Positions 25,954 through 40,324 of a DNA stretch of 64,000 nucleotides are shown piece by piece. The notes beneath the pieces were generated by a model that saw nothing but the letters and a program-made list of their open reading frames with translations, was not told the DNA's origin and did not search any database. The translations under genes were made by a program, and so were the position numbers. The stretch is from Convolutriloba macropyga (Eukaryota), in assembly GCF_964194025.1 (NCBI RefSeq), contig NC_134482.1, positions 27,156,001 to 27,220,000 on the forward strand, in the 5' to 3' direction. Every line of letters starts with the position of its first letter. Positions within the stretch are counted from its first letter, which is position 1.

Positions 25954-26155
25954 CTAAAAATCTTTTCATAAAATATAAATTTGCTTCCTCCTCACTTAGA
26001 GGCCTTAACGTTAGAAAGTTATCAACTGAGAATAACAGGAGATTGATTATAAAATGAAAATATAGGAAACACTCTTATAGGAAAGTACATAGAAGGGCGG
26101 ATCTTCAACCACGCAAATGATGAAACACATGACTCGCCAAAACATCCATATGGGC

Positions 26156-27017
26156 TGTTTGGGCCTATCTTAGGTTATCAATATAATATTAAACTAAGTT
26201 TTAAGGCCGCCCTGTTCGCGTTGTTATTTTCTCTCTCAAAATTAGAAAGAATAGAATGGTTTGTATTATGAGACGGTTAATTTCTTGCCTATTTGTCCAA
26301 TACAAGTTATAAAGGCATAAAATATAAAGTTAAACAAAGCGTGTGTAATATTTAAATGGATATATGCTTTCATATTTATAAATAGTATATAAATTTCAGA
26401 GCTTTTATGGTAAGAATCAACAGAGTCTTCTTTTAAGTTAACCGAATTTCCGTTTTCTTAATCAAACACAAAATTTCGCACATGAAACATAAACACTTGA
26501 ATAAAATTAATACTGGCAAATATATGAAGAAAGTGTGCGTAAATTGACCAAATATGATTGAAACTGATCAAAATATAATATACTAGCTGAGTTTTGAGTG
26601 CACAATCTGTAAACAAGTACAATTAAGGTAATATGAACTAAATAACAGATTTTCACATTTTCAGCTACGTCCAAACTGGTGCTAAAATATACGGTTTTAT
26701 GACATTAACTCAGAAACTAAAAAAATATATCACAACCAAATTTTGTGAGTGGATAGACATTATTGAGATACACATTGTGAGTGAAAGAGAGGGTTCTATC
26801 TCAAAAGGGTGAAGTAAGGCTACCTTTTTAATTCTTTAAGCAATCTTAATACATGGGGAAAATTTTCAAATGTAAATAGTTCCTACACTAATGATTCAAA
26901 ATTGAGCAAACTTGGCATTGACTAGCATTAGTCTACTATATAGCATATGAAAAAAGAATGAACTAAATCAAACGTGTAGTTTTTGAGATAATGAGATTTG
27001 AATGTCAGAGCGCAACA
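26156..27017 (-). repeat. 3' LTR of element A
   Basis: TG...CA ends. Preceded in element sense by GGTCCCGCTA just after the pol end. Aligns with 35210-36000, 36505-37292 and 37797-38584. Confidence 0.88.
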
Positions 27018-27049
27018 TAGCGGGACCTATTTTGATTCTAGCAAATTAA

Positions 27050-30000
27050 TTTCAAATGCGGTCAATATCTAACGAAATAGGTTCAACTAATGGTCATAAA
27101 TAAGTTCCCTTAGCAGTTTTGATTGTTGCCCCTCTATGTATTATATCGTCTCATTCATGAAGCTTTTGAATTCTGGCTAAAATTTAGTTGAAATAGCTCT
27201 CTTTCTCATCAACCATCCAGACTAAGTCTCCCACTTTGATGTCCTCGCCTGAATCCGTTCTCCATTTTGCTCTGCCTTGGAGTGGTGGTAGATATTCGCT
27301 CATCCACCGCTTCCAAAGGGCTTTCAATTGCTCGCTGATGTGCTTGAACGTTTTCCTATATGAAGCATTGTTATCGCAAAATAGAGAAATGGGCCATGAC
27401 ACGTTTGCCCCCTCCAACAAGGAATGTGATTCGGTATTATCGTATCCAAATCTTCAACATCGCTAGTAAATGCTGTTAGAGGTTGATTATTGAGCAGTTG
27501 TTCCGCTATGCAAATTACTGTCGAGAGATGCTCCTTTTTCAAATATTCTGTGCCCAAAATTTTAAAAATCGCTCTTTCGCTAAATTTCACTAATGTTTCC
27601 CATGCGCCACCGAAATGTGGAGCTGCAGGGGGATTGAAAATCCGTTGTATTCCGTTTTGTGCTAAATTGCGCTGCATTTCCGAATGGTTCAATTCTTTGA
27701 AGGCCCCCTTCAATTCTTTCGCTGCGCCTACGAAATTAGTTCCGTTGTCAGAAATTACCGTTTTCGGTTTCCCTCTTCTCGTTATGATCCGATAAACTGC
27801 CTCTAAGCAAGACTGTGTGTCTAATGATTGAACAATCTCCATATGCATTGCTCTGACGCTAAAACACGTGAATAGACAAATCCATCTTTTCACTGTTCTT
27901 CGGAAAAGTTTAATTGAAAAAGGTCCAAAGTAGTCTACTCCGGTGTTTGTAAACGGCGTTACATTATCTTCTATTCTGACTAACAATAAATCTGATATCA
28001 TTGGCATCGATGCTTTGCTTCTCTTCAATTTACAGTGCAGACATTGGTGTTTAACCGATCTCAGTGCGTTTCTTAGACCAGTTACCCAAAATTTCTTTGA
28101 GTTTCAGCTCTAATATGTTCAACACCTTGATGATGGTTGTGCTTATGCTGAAACGCGAGATATAATTTAACTGCTGGATGAGAATGTGGTAAAACAACAG
28201 GATGTTTTTCTCAAAAATTGAGGTTTGCATGTCTAAGTCGACCTTTTGGTCTTTTTAGATTTTCTCTCAGAAACGGATTTAGGGATTCAATTTAACTGTT
28301 GCTTTTGACAGAGTCTACTATCTTCGACAACGCCGTTTCCTTTGAACAACTTTCTCTCTGCACCAACTCCCGTATTCGATTCTCTGCTGGTTCAAGCAAT
28401 TCACGGGTTATTTCTTTGTTCCCATTTTTCAGATTCAATACTCTCGCAACAACATTTCTCAGTCTTCTGAAGTTACTGAAGTCAAAAACTCAATTGGAGC
28501 AAAAACTGGCAAAAACTTCTTCTCGATCAGGAACTACTTCTTCTTGCTCCCATTTTTCTTTTTCTTTAATTTCGCTCTTCAGCCGATCCTGTCCGCCCTT
28601 CCAGTCACTTTGCATCAGTTCATCAATAGAGAGACCTCTTGTTCCCAGATCAGCTGGGTTGTCAGCTCCAGCTATATGTCTCCACTGATCAACTGTTGAA
28701 CTGTCTAGGATTTCAACCCGGTTAGCAACAAAAGTAGGCTGTTTTCTGTTACTACTACGCAACCATTGTAAAACAGTAGTTGAATCGCTCCACAAATATG
28801 TTGACCAAATGAAATTCTATGTTCTTTCAAAATTAGACCTTTAAGTCTGTTCGCTGTAACTGCTGCAATTAACTCTAATTTTGGTATAGTATGGTTCTTC
28901 TTTGGAGAAATCCTTCATTGCAGCCAAAAATGAACCTTATTAGTCTATCGCCGTTTGGTTTAGTAATTACAACGTAACTTAATGCACAAAAAGCATCTTC
29001 TGACGCGTCTCTAAAGATGTGTAGCTCAACTCTGTCACAAGACTCCTGATTGTACCATCGTTACTCAATTCTTACTTTTTAAACTTGATGTTTATGTCTT
29101 CGGCTATCGGCGAATCCCACCTTTGACCTTGTGTCTGCCAGATTCGTTTCATTAACATCCTTCCTCAAATGACAAATGGTGCCATGAAACCCAGAGGATC
29201 AAACACTCGCGACACTGTGGACACAATTTGTTTTTGCGTCCAATTCGTTTTCTCTAGGAACTCTTGGTTTTTCCGAACAGTTAACAGATCATCGGTTGCT
29301 ATCCATCCAAGTCCCAAGACCTTAGGGTTGTCTTCGCTTTCTATTGGTGTAATTTCACTTTTTTCAAAATATTTCCTCGAAATTAGAGTACATTTTTATA
29401 AGTTGAAGTTTCCTTTTGCTAGCAATGATTTCAGTTCATGGATTACTTCAGATGCTTGTTCAGTTGTGTGAACCGAGAGAAGCATATCGTCCAAAAAAAA
29501 GTTATCCATTACTACTTGCGATGCAATAGGATGTTCCCTTCCAAACAGTTTTGAAAATCGCTGCAGGTCATAATTTGCACATGTTGGAGATGACTTTGCT
29601 CCAAAAATGTGCCGGATTTACTGGTACGGCATCAGTTTACCGTCTTCATCTATCCAGAGAAACCTAAGGTACCGTCTTTGTTAATCAGACACTCAAATTT
29701 GCAAAATCTTTTCTTCAATATCTGCGGTTAGTGCAACACGGTCTTCTCAAAATCTGAAAAAGATTCCAATTAGAGGAATTAGTAAATGCTGTTAGAGGTT
29801 GATTATTGAGTAGTTGTTCCGCTATGCAAATTACTGTCGAGAGATGCTCCTCTTTCAAAAATTCTTTGCCCAAAATATTAAAAATCGCTCTTTCGCTAAA
29901 TTTCACTAATGTTTCCCATGCGCCACCGAAATGTGGAGCTGCAGGGGGATTGAAAATCCGTTGTATTCCGTTTTGTGCTAAATTGCGCTGCATTTCCGAA

Positions 30001-33000
30001 TGGTTCAGTTCTTTGAAGGCCCCCTTCAATTCTTTCGCTGCGCCTACGAAATTAGTTCCGTTGTCAGAAATTACCGTTTTCGGTTTCCCTCTACTCGTTA
30101 TGATCCGATAAACTGCCTCTAAGCAAGACTGTGTGTCTAATGATTGAACAATCTCCATATGCATTGCTCTGACGCTAAAACACGTGAATAGACAAATCCA
30201 TCTTTTCACTGTTCTTCGGAAAAGTTTAATTGAAAAAGGTCCAAAGTAGTCTACTCCGGTGTTTGTAAACGGCGTTACATTATCTTCTATTCTGACTAAC
30301 AATAAATCTGATATCATTGGCATCGATGCTTTGCTTCTCTTCAATTTACAGTGCAGACATTGGTGTTTAACCGATCTCAGTGCGTTTCTTAGACCAGTTA
30401 CCCAAAATTTCTTTGAGTTTCAGCTCTAATATGTTCAACACCTTGATGATGGTTGTGCTTATGCTGAAACGCGAGATATAATTTAACTGCTGGATGAGAA
30501 TGTGGTAAAACAACAGGATGTTTTTCTCAAAAATTGAGGTTTGCATGTCTAAGTCGACCTTTTGGTCTTTTTAGATTTTCTCTCAGAAACGGATTTAGGG
30601 ATTCAATTTAACTGTTGCTTTTGACAGAGTCTACTATCTTCGACAACGCCGTTTCCTTTGAACAACTTTCTCTCTGCACCAACTCCCGTATTCGATTCTC
30701 TGCTGGTTCAAGCAATTCACGGGTTATTTCTTTGTTCCCATTTTTCAGATTCAATACTCTCGCAACAACATTTCTCAGTCTTCTGAAGTTACTGAAGTCA
30801 AAAACTCAATTGGAGCAAAAACTGGCAAAAACTTCTTCTCGATCAGGAACTACTTCTTCTTGCTCCCATTTTTCTTTTTCTTTAATTTCGCTCTTCAGCC
30901 GATCCTGTCCGCTTATCCAGTCACTTTGCATCAGTTCACCAATAGAGAGACCTCTTGTTCCCAGATCAGCTGGGTTGTCAGCTCCAGCTATATGTCTCCA
31001 CTGATCAACTGTTGAACTGTCTAGGATTTTAACCCGGTTAGCAACAAAAGTAGGCTGTTTTTTGTTACTACTACGCAACCATTGTAAAACAGTAGTGGAA
31101 TCGCTGCACAAATATGTTGACTCAAATGAAATTCTATGTTCTTTCAAAATTAGACCTTTAAGTCTGTTCGCTGTAACTGCTGCAATTAACTCTAATTTTG
31201 GTATAGTATGGTTCTTCTTTGGAGAAATCCTTCATTGCAGCCAAAAATGAACCTTATTAGTCTATCGCCGTTTGGTTTAGTAATTACATTGTAACTTAAT
31301 GCACAAAAAGCATCTTCTGACGCGTCTCTAAAGATGTGTAGCTCAACTCTGTCACAAGACTCCTGATTGTACCATCGTTACTCAATTCTTACTTTTTAAA
31401 CTTGATGTTTATGTCTTCGGCTATCGGCGAATCCCACCTTTGACCTTGTGTCTGCCAGATTCGTTTCATTAACATCCTTCCTCAAATGACAAATGGTGCC
31501 ATGAAACCCAGAGGATCAAACACTCGCGACACTGTGGACACAATTTGTTTTTGCGTCCAATTCGTTTTCTCTAGGAACTCTTGGTTTTTCCGAACAGTTA
31601 ACAGATCATCGGTTGCTATCCATCCAAGTCCCAAGACCTTAGGGTTGTCTTCGCTTTCTATTGGTGTAATTTCACTTTTTTCAAAATATTTCCTCGAAAT
31701 TAGAGTACATTTTTATAAGTTGAAGTTTCCTTTTGCTAGCAATGATTTCAGTTCATGGATTACTTCAGATGCTTGTTCAGTTGTGTGAACCGAGAGAAGC
31801 ATATCGTCCAAAAAAAAGTTATCCATTACTACTTGCGATGCAATAGGATGTTCCCTTCCAAACAGTTTTGAAAATCGCTGCAGGTCATAATTTGCACATG
31901 TTGGAGATGACTTTGCTCCAAAAATGTGCCGGATTTACTGGTACGGCATCAGTTTACCGTCTTCATCTATCCAGAGAAACCTAAGGTACCGTCTTTGTTA
32001 ATCAGACACTCAAATTTGCAAAATCTTTTCTTCAATAGCTGCGGTTAGTGCAACACGGTCTTCTCAAAATCTGAAAAAGATTCAAATTAGATTTTGCAAA
32101 AGATCGGACCTTTCACTAAAACGTCGTTCAGGCATTATCCTTGAAACCTTTTCGCAACATTGCAAACTCTTCTTAATTTCTCTGTTTTTCTGGGGTTTGC
32201 AACTGGATGATGAGGCAGATACCAAACATCCTAACGTTCAAGTTCACCCTTTTGAAGCAAGGAGTTATAAACTTTTGCTAAATCTTTTTTATTGAATCAC
32301 TATGTTTCAGTTTTAAAGACTCATTTTTCGCTCATCTTCGTTCGAGCGTTTGTAGTTGTCCGAGGGCTGAAGAAATATTACAATCAATTTTTTTTCTTTT
32401 CCATCAAAAAGCATTTGAAATTCGAAATGTTCTGGTAGCTTTAACGTTGTTTTCTATAGTGTTTCAAGAGACTTTTTATCTTCAAGTTTTCTGCTGTTTA
32501 CTTGAACTGTTGTACCGTAGGATTCAATTTCCCACCACTTTCTCGCATTTTCTGTTAGCTCTTGATCCTCTTGGCTATCGCTGCTCAGGAAAATGCTCTC
32601 TGGCTTTTCACTATTTGGCATTGGACCACTTAGCGTCCAGGCCCATAGAACTTTTACTGTCTAGAGGGAATTTTTTGCATAATATTTGTAGTCTAAAGGT
32701 CTTATTAGGGAATAAGCATCTTGACCAAGAATCACTTTTACGTCTTTCAAGTCAATTTTCTTTAGTCTTATGCACGATAAATGATGATAACGTTTACTTA
32801 ACTCGATTTCATTGTAAACCGAGGTTCCAACTAAAAGAACTTCATAACTACTGGCTGTTATTTTACCGTTTCGCTGATTTCATCGGTTGGCCCAATCTTG
32901 ACCGGGACATTCAAATAGTTGATTGAGTTCGTTCCGTGGACTCCAAGGGACATTGAAGTATTTCTTCTTTCAAGGCGTAGAGATTCTATCAATTCTTCGT

Positions 33001-35100
33001 CTATCCAAGTTTAAGAAGAGGCGGTGTCGCAAACAGCTTTAGTTTCGACAAAACTTCCGTCTTCAGCGTAGATGCGCAACGGTGCAACTTGGAAGAGTCT
33101 TTTGACTGACCAAGCTGTCTCAATTGCCAGGTTGTTTTCGCTTGTTTGATCTGGTGACTGGATTAGCTCGTGTGTCCCAGTTTGTCTGTTGTATAACATG
33201 CGATTGTGATTTCTTTCACAGCCGTCTATTCCGCATTTGAGCTTCGATTTGCAATCTCTGGCAAGATGCTTTCCCTTCAAGCATTTGAAACAGAGGTTAG
33301 CTTGTTTCACCGTTTCTGACCGTTCCGTGATACAGAGCTTTTTGAAATTATCACACTTCCAAAGCCGATAATCTCGAGAGAGCACTTCTGAAATCTTATC
33401 TCTCTTTAGTTAGTGAAAGCGGAGTTTTTTGGTTGATCTCTACTTGATCTGACGCTATTTTGTTTTCCTCTATACAAACTTTCAGGAAATTCCTTGTTGC
33501 TGCAGTTTTCATTCGCTCCTGAACTAAAGATCCCTCTTGTAGCCATTCGTTTAATTCAATCAAATTTGGCAGCTTCGACCTATGCGACGCGGTTTCAATG
33601 TCTGCAAACCATCTGCGTTTTATGTCTTTTGGTAGTTTATTGACTATCATGTCCAGATTACTTGATGAAAACGAATCGTTGGTGTAACCGAATTGTTGCA
33701 GAACGTTTACAATGTTTCCGACTGTGTCAGCAAAGATAACAAAATTCGTAGGGCCGTAAGCACTATCGTACGGCCGCAATTGTGGATGATTTTGAAAATT
33801 GTTCTATTGCGATCCTATTATCAAGTGCGGCTGACCGAATTTACTCTCAAGTGTTTTCCAACGCCCAAACAGCCCATACCAGCCCGAGCTCTTTTTGCCG
33901 GCCCCGTCAACAGCGTTTTTAAATGCGTCATTTTTCTGTCGTCTGATATGGTACTACGATCGACTGTCGCCAGAAACATGCCACTCTATTCTGGCCAATC
34001 ATGGGGATCGCCACTATATTCTCTTAACTTATGTTTTGCTAACAAGAGATTTACTGCAGAGCTTACTAGGTACATATCATACTGGTTAAAGCTGTGTTTC
34101 GGACTTGATTGCGAAGTATCAGAAATCTCAAACTTTCCATGCTGCCCTTGGTTTCAGCTCACCAGGAAGGTGTCTGACTGGAGCACTGCCAAAAACGCTA
34201 TCTCTCCGAGAGTTGCTTTGTGACATCAGTGACCCCAACTAGCTGTTACTGTATTTCCTCTGAGATGAGGCTGCAACATCGTTTGCATTTTGTTGATTGT
34301 CACCCTGTGCTTGATTAAGTTTTCTGTTTTCGCTCAAATAGTCTTCATCGTCATTGCAGCTGATATTGCCCAAGAAGTTTCCGTCCGCTGTCTGGCAAAA
34401 CTGTTTTTCCGAGTTTTCAGGATGAATTTCGTCTTTTTCGTCGGTGTTAATTTTGAGTTTCAACATTTCGAGTGCCTTCTGCTCCTCGAGTTGTCTCAAT
34501 TGCTCGTCAGTCTCTCGAGCTCGTCTTTCCTGTTCATTTTTCAACTTCTGCATCTGATATTCATGTCTCAGTTGCACTTCTCTTTTTCTTTCAGCTCGCT
34601 TTTCTTCTTTGTGTTTCATTTCTTCTCCCGTTGAAACATTGGGCAAGACTTCTTTCGATTTTGGCTGATCGGTTTGTTTCTCAGTTGCGCTAGTGTTCTG
34701 AGTTTGCTCAAAATTTTTTTCTTGTTTCCTCCTCGGCTCCATTTACCGATGAATCGAGTGAAGTTGTTGGTTCTTTGACAAGGCTCACTGACTTTGCCGT
34801 CTCCAATGACCTCCTCTTCTGGTCCCACAATACCAGAATTTCAATTCTTTTCAAAGACAAGTTTCTTTGTTTCTCTTGCAGATCTGCTTTGTGCTTTGAT
34901 GAGACCCTTGTGCTGTAATGTTTCATCTCTTCCACTATTTTCTCGTCAAAGGAAGATAGTTATCAAGATTAGTTTTGATGCTCGCTACTCTACTTAGTTT
35001 AAAGCCAAATTGTCTTCTGAGTTCTGCTCTTCTCATTTGAATATCATTAAATTTTTCTGTATTCCTTCCCCAATTTGATAATGATATTCCATATCTTCCA
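27050..35100 (-). pseudogene. Disrupted gag-pol of element A
   Basis: Many short ORF fragments in shifting frames, in the BEL/Pao order gag-PR-RT-RH-IN. Confidence 0.9.
27464..32091. repeat. Tandem duplication (period about 2316 bp) of the RT-RNase H-integrase segment
   Basis: Near-identical ORF pairs at 27490/29806, 28299/30615 and 29169/31486. Junction near 29774-29780. Confidence 0.95.
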
Positions 35101-38100
35101 CCAGTTCGAAGCCAGTTGACTGATGAGATAAACCACCACTTCGGGCTGGAGAGGGAATTTGTTGCTTTCTTCTAATCATTTTCCAGGTGGTCCGGGTCAG
35201 CGGACCAAATGACTGGGCCTATCTTAGGTTATCAATATAATGTTCAACTAAGTTTTATGGCCGCCCTGTTCGCGCTGTTAATTTTTCTATCAAAATTAGA
35301 AAAAAAACTGTTCTATGAGAAGGTTAATTTCTCGTCTAATTGTCCAATACAAGTTATAAAGGCATTAAAAAAGTTAAAGAAAGCGTTGTAATATTTAAAT
35401 GGATATAAGCTCACTAAATATCAATGAAGGCAAAACCAAATCATATTTATAAAAGGTACTTAAATTTCAGAGCTTTTATGGTAAGAATGAAAGGAATCAT
35501 CTGATAAATTAACTGCAATTCCGTGTTCTTAATCAAATACAACCTGTCGCACAGGAAACATAAATACTAGAATAAATTTAGTACTGGCAAATATATGAAG
35601 AAGGTGTATGTAAAATGACCAAATACGATTGAAACCAATCAAATAGCACTATACTAGCTGAGTTTTGGCTTCACAATCAATAAACAAGCACAATTAAGGT
35701 ATTATGAAATAAATAATCAAAAACAAAATCTTCACATTTCAGCTATGTCCCAATTGGGGCTAAAACATACGGTTTTTTGACAATCACTCAGAAAATAAGA
35801 AAGATATCAACACCAAATTTTTCGAGTCGATAAACATTGGTAAGATACACAGTGTGAGTAAAAGAAGGGATCTATCTCAAAAGGGTGAAGTAGGGCTACC
35901 TTTTTAATTCTATAAGCAATCTTGATACTTGGGGAAATTTTTCAAATGTAAATAGCACCTACACAAATGACTCAATTTTGATCAAACTTGGCAGTGACTA
36001 AATGAGAAATTTAGCCGAGAGTTTAAATAAAAAAGCGATAAAATTAATTTTGAAGCTGGAATATTGGCCAATAAAAATCACTATTTTGTAAGCGAACAAA
36101 TATATCGTCAACTAGCGTAACGAAGGTCTATCCGTGGATCGCAACCTGAAACTAAAAGCTGACGCCAATAAATTATTGAAAACTGCGCCTGGATAAAAGT
36201 TCAATGAGAAAGGTTCTTTCTGAGGACAAGTTAAAAAGACCACAAGAAAAGGTGAAAAAACGGGAAATTCAGAAAGACGAAAAAATCTCTAGTTTAGAGC
36301 CAAATTGTCTTCTGAGTTCTGCTCTTCTCATTTGAATATCATTAAATTTTTCTGTATTCCTTCCCCAATTGGATAATGATATTCCATATCTTCCACCATT
36401 TCGAAGCCAGTTGACTGATGAGATATACCACCACTGCGGGCTGGAGAGGGAATTTGTTGCTTTCTTCTAATCATTTTCCAGGTGGTCCGGGTCAGCGGAC
36501 CAAATGACTGGGCCTATCTTAGGTTACCAATATAATATTCAACTAAGTTTTATGGCCGCCCTGTTCGCGCTGTTAATTTCTCTCTCAAAATTAGAAAGAA
36601 AAGGACTGTTTTATGAGAAGGTCAATTTCTTGTCTGATTGTCCATTACAAGTTATAAAGGCAAAAAATATAAAATTAAACAAAACGTTGTAATATTTAAA
36701 TGGATATATGCTCACTAATTATCATTGAAAGCAAATCCAAATCATATTTACAAATGGTAGACAAACTTCAGAGCTTTTATGGTAAGAATCAAAGGACTCT
36801 TCTGATAAATTAATTGCAATTCCGTTTTCTTAATCAAATACAACCTTTCGCACAAAAAACATAAATACTTGAATAAATTTAGTACTGGCAAATACATGAA
36901 GAAGGTGTACGTAAAATGACCAAATATGATTGAAACCAATCAAAAAGCACTATACTAGCTGAGTTTTGGGTTCACAATCAATAAACAAGTACAATTAAGG
37001 TAGTATAAAATAAATAATCAGTAACAGATTTTCACATTTTAGCTTTGTCCAAATTGGGGCTAAAACATACGGTTTTTTGACAACCACTCAGAATCTAAGA
37101 AAGACATCAACACCAAATTTTTTGAGTCGATAAACATTGGTAAGATGCACAGTGTGAGTAAAAAAAAGGGTTCTATCTCAAAAGGGTTACCTTTTTAATT
37201 CTATGAGCAATCATAATACTTGGGGAAATTTTTCAAATGTAAATAGCTCCTACACAAAAGATTCAATTTTGATCAAACTTGACAGTGACTAAATGAGAAA
37301 TTTAGCCGAGAGTTTAAATAAAATGAGCGATAAAATTAATTTTGAAGCTGGAATATTGGCCAATAAAAATCACTATTTTGTAGGCGAACAAATATATCGT
37401 CAACTAGCGTAACGAAGGTCTATCCGTGGATCGCAACCTGAAACTAAAAGCTGACGCCAATAAATTATTGAAAACTGCGCCTGGATAAAAGTTCAATGAG
37501 AAAGGTTCTTTCTGAGGACAAGTTAAAAAGACCACAAGAAAAGGTGAAAAAATGGGAAATTCAGAAAGACGAAAAAATCTCTAGTTTAGAGCCAAATTGT
37601 CTTCTGAGTTCTGCTCTTCTCATTTGAATATCATTAAATTTTTCTGTATTCCTTCCCCAATTGGATAATGATATTCCATATCTTCCACCATTTCGAAGCC
37701 AGTTGACTGATGAGATATACCACCACTGCGGGCTGGAGAGGGAATTTGTTGCTTTCTTCTAATCATTTTCCAGGTGGTCCGGGTCAGCGGACCAAATGAC
37801 TGGGCCTATCTTAGGTTACCAATATAATATTCAACTAAGTTTTATGGCCGCCCTGTTCGCGCTGTTAATTTCTCTCTCAAAATTAGAAAGAAAAGGACTG
37901 TTTTATGAGAAGGTCAATTTCTTGTCTGATTGTCCATTACAAGTTATAAAGGCAAAAAATATAAAATTAAACAAAACGTTGTAATATTTAAATGGATATA
38001 TGCTCACTAATTATCATTGAAAGCAAATCCAAATCATATTTACAAATGGTAGACAAACTTCAGAGCTTTTATGGTAAGAATCAAAGGACTCTTCTGATAA

Positions 38101-38872
38101 ATTAACTGCAATTCCGTTTTCTTAATCAAATACAACCTTTCGCACAAAAAACATAAATACTTGAATAAATTTAGTACTGGCAAATACATGAAGAAGGTGT
38201 ACGTAAAATGACCAAATATGATTGAAACCAATCAAAAAGCACTATACTAGCTGAGTTTTGGGTTCACAATCAATAAACAAGTACAATTAAGGTAGTATAA
38301 AATAAATAATCAGTAACAGATTTTCACATTTTAGCTTTGTCCAAATTGGGGCTAAAACATACGGTTTTTTGACAACCACTCAGAATCTAAGAAAGACATC
38401 AGCACCAAATTTTTTGAGTCGATAAACATTGGTAAGATGCACAGTGTGAGTAAAAAAAAGGGTTCTATCTCAAAAGGGTTACCTTTTTAATTCTATGAGC
38501 AATCATAATACTTGGGGAAATTTTTCAAATGTAAATAGCTCCTACACAAAAGATTCAATTTTGATCAAACTTGACAGTGACTAAATGAGAAATTTAGCCG
38601 AGAGTTTAAATAAAATGAGCGATAAAATTAATATTGAAGCTGGGATATTGGCCAATTTAAATCACTATTTCGTAAGCGAACAAATATACCGTCAACAAGC
38701 GTAACGAAGGTCTATCCATGTATCGCAACCTGAAACCAAAAGCTGACGCCGATAAATTAACGAAAATTACGTCTCGGTAAAAGTTCAATGAGAAAGGTTC
38801 TTACTGAGGACAAGTTAAAAAGACCATAAGAAATGAAGAAAAAACGGGAAATTCGGAAAGACGCAAAAATCT
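34994..38872. repeat. Tandem triplication (about 1.29 kb units) of element A leader + PBS + 5' LTR + adjacent flank
   Basis: Units start near 34994, 36289 and 37582. Repeated short ORFs at 35209/36504/37796. Confidence 0.95.
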
Positions 38873-40324
38873 TCAAAATTGAAAAAAAAATAGTTATACT
38901 TTCACAAAATCAATGCCATGATCTGAATTGAACTAATTGATTAGATTCTCATTAAACTCAAAAGAACCCGATGAAATTTCCGAAAGAGCTTCTGAAAATT
39001 TTTTGTGTCGAAGTCAAAAAGGCCTTAGCTGTAATCTTTAGCAATTATTTGAATAATTTAGCCAGGTTAGTAACCAAATGATTGCAACAGTCATGTTCGA
39101 TAATGAGTGGTAAGAAGAACAAAATGAACACTAAACAACAAGAAAAACTGAAAAATTGCATTAGTTCTGAGAGCAAATATTGAATCATTAATGAAACACA
39201 GTCGTTAAATTTGATCATTACTGACTAAGAAATATTTCAGTAATAAAAAAAATGATAAAAAACAGCAAAACTAACATAAAAATCTCGGCAAGAGGAAAAA
39301 TTGCAGATACATTTTTGAGAACAACAAAATGAGGAATAGTGGTTAGAACCTTTAGATATCAAATGAAACTATTAATTTGCTTCCTAATACGCCTCATTAG
39401 TTTGCTAATCAGACCGGGCATGAATGAGACTAGCGGAATTTCTCTATGTCAATCAAATTCATAACTTGTACTTTGATGGTTTTATATGCATTTTAAAACC
39501 ACGTATAACCTTTTAAAACTAATAGTTCAAAAAAATAGTAGAAAAAAAACAGGAAAAAGTAGAAAAAAAATGAGAAATCAAAGTAACGCTTTTGAAAACA
39601 AACACTTTTGTTTCAAAAAATCAAAAATTTGATCAAACATCAGTTTCTCACTCTACTTTAAAAAATATATATTAGGCTTCGAACCTACCCCCCTTTTCGC
39701 TCCCTTTACTACTCCAGGGTGAATAAAATCAGCAATCTAATTCGGATTCTCGTTGACATCAAAAAGTAAAAAAATGAAAAGATCCTAAAAAAGACAGAGA
39801 ACCGATAATTTCCAAAGCTTTATCATTCTCAAAACATAGCCTGAAGAATATACCCGTCGAATGAGCGAAGTTAAGAAGTTAAACGTAAAGAAGTTCAACC
39901 ACACTTCATGAATCAAAACCTAACATATTGAAAATTCCAAAAAGCAGCAGCATTATTGTATCAAAGGTGAGAAAAAAAAGGAAGAACAAAAGAAAACAGT
40001 CCGATTATGAAATCTTCAACAATTTTTTTTAAATATGTGACTTTAAGGATCATTTTTACACAAACAGAGTTTCTGATTCGATTACTTCCTGCGTTTTGAT
40101 CAGAGAAAGAACAATTAGAACACGACAAAAAGAATCAAAGAAAGCCATAGAAGCAAAACATCAATTAACGAGAGGTCAAGGTATTTTTTCGTCTAAGCCA
40201 TAAAAGACGAATATTCATCTAAACCATCAACTGAAAGCAAAAAATTGAAAAGCTTGCAAAATGTCAAAACTTCTATACCTTATAAACGTATTACACAATT
40301 ATACTTGATCGTAAACAAAATAAT

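Larger units (their letters stand above)
26156..36000 (-). mobile_element. BEL/Pao LTR retrotransposon A, degenerate, with an internal 2.3 kb pol duplication
   Basis: 3' LTR 26156-27017 (TGTT...AACA). 5' LTR starts at 35210 and aligns to about 36000; its outer end is unclear. PBS-like TGGTCCGCTGACCCGGACC on the - strand from 35207. Fragments of gag (DUF1759-like, CCHC knuckles), protease, RT, Pao RNase H (WSDSTTVLQW...FVANRV...NPADLGTRG), integrase (GVDYFGPF, SDNGTNFVG, APHFGGAWE) and the Pao C-terminal domain (LWKRWMSEYLPPLQGRAKW). Confidence 0.93.

Noticed and set aside
27461-36295. Helitron termini at duplication junctions (CTAGT/TAGT)
   Set aside because: No subterminal hairpin or 5' TC end, and a 4-5 nt match is expected by chance.
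35209-38231. Repeated 60-63 aa ORFs as a small gene family
   Set aside because: They lie within duplicated LTR sequence and have no splice or domain support.
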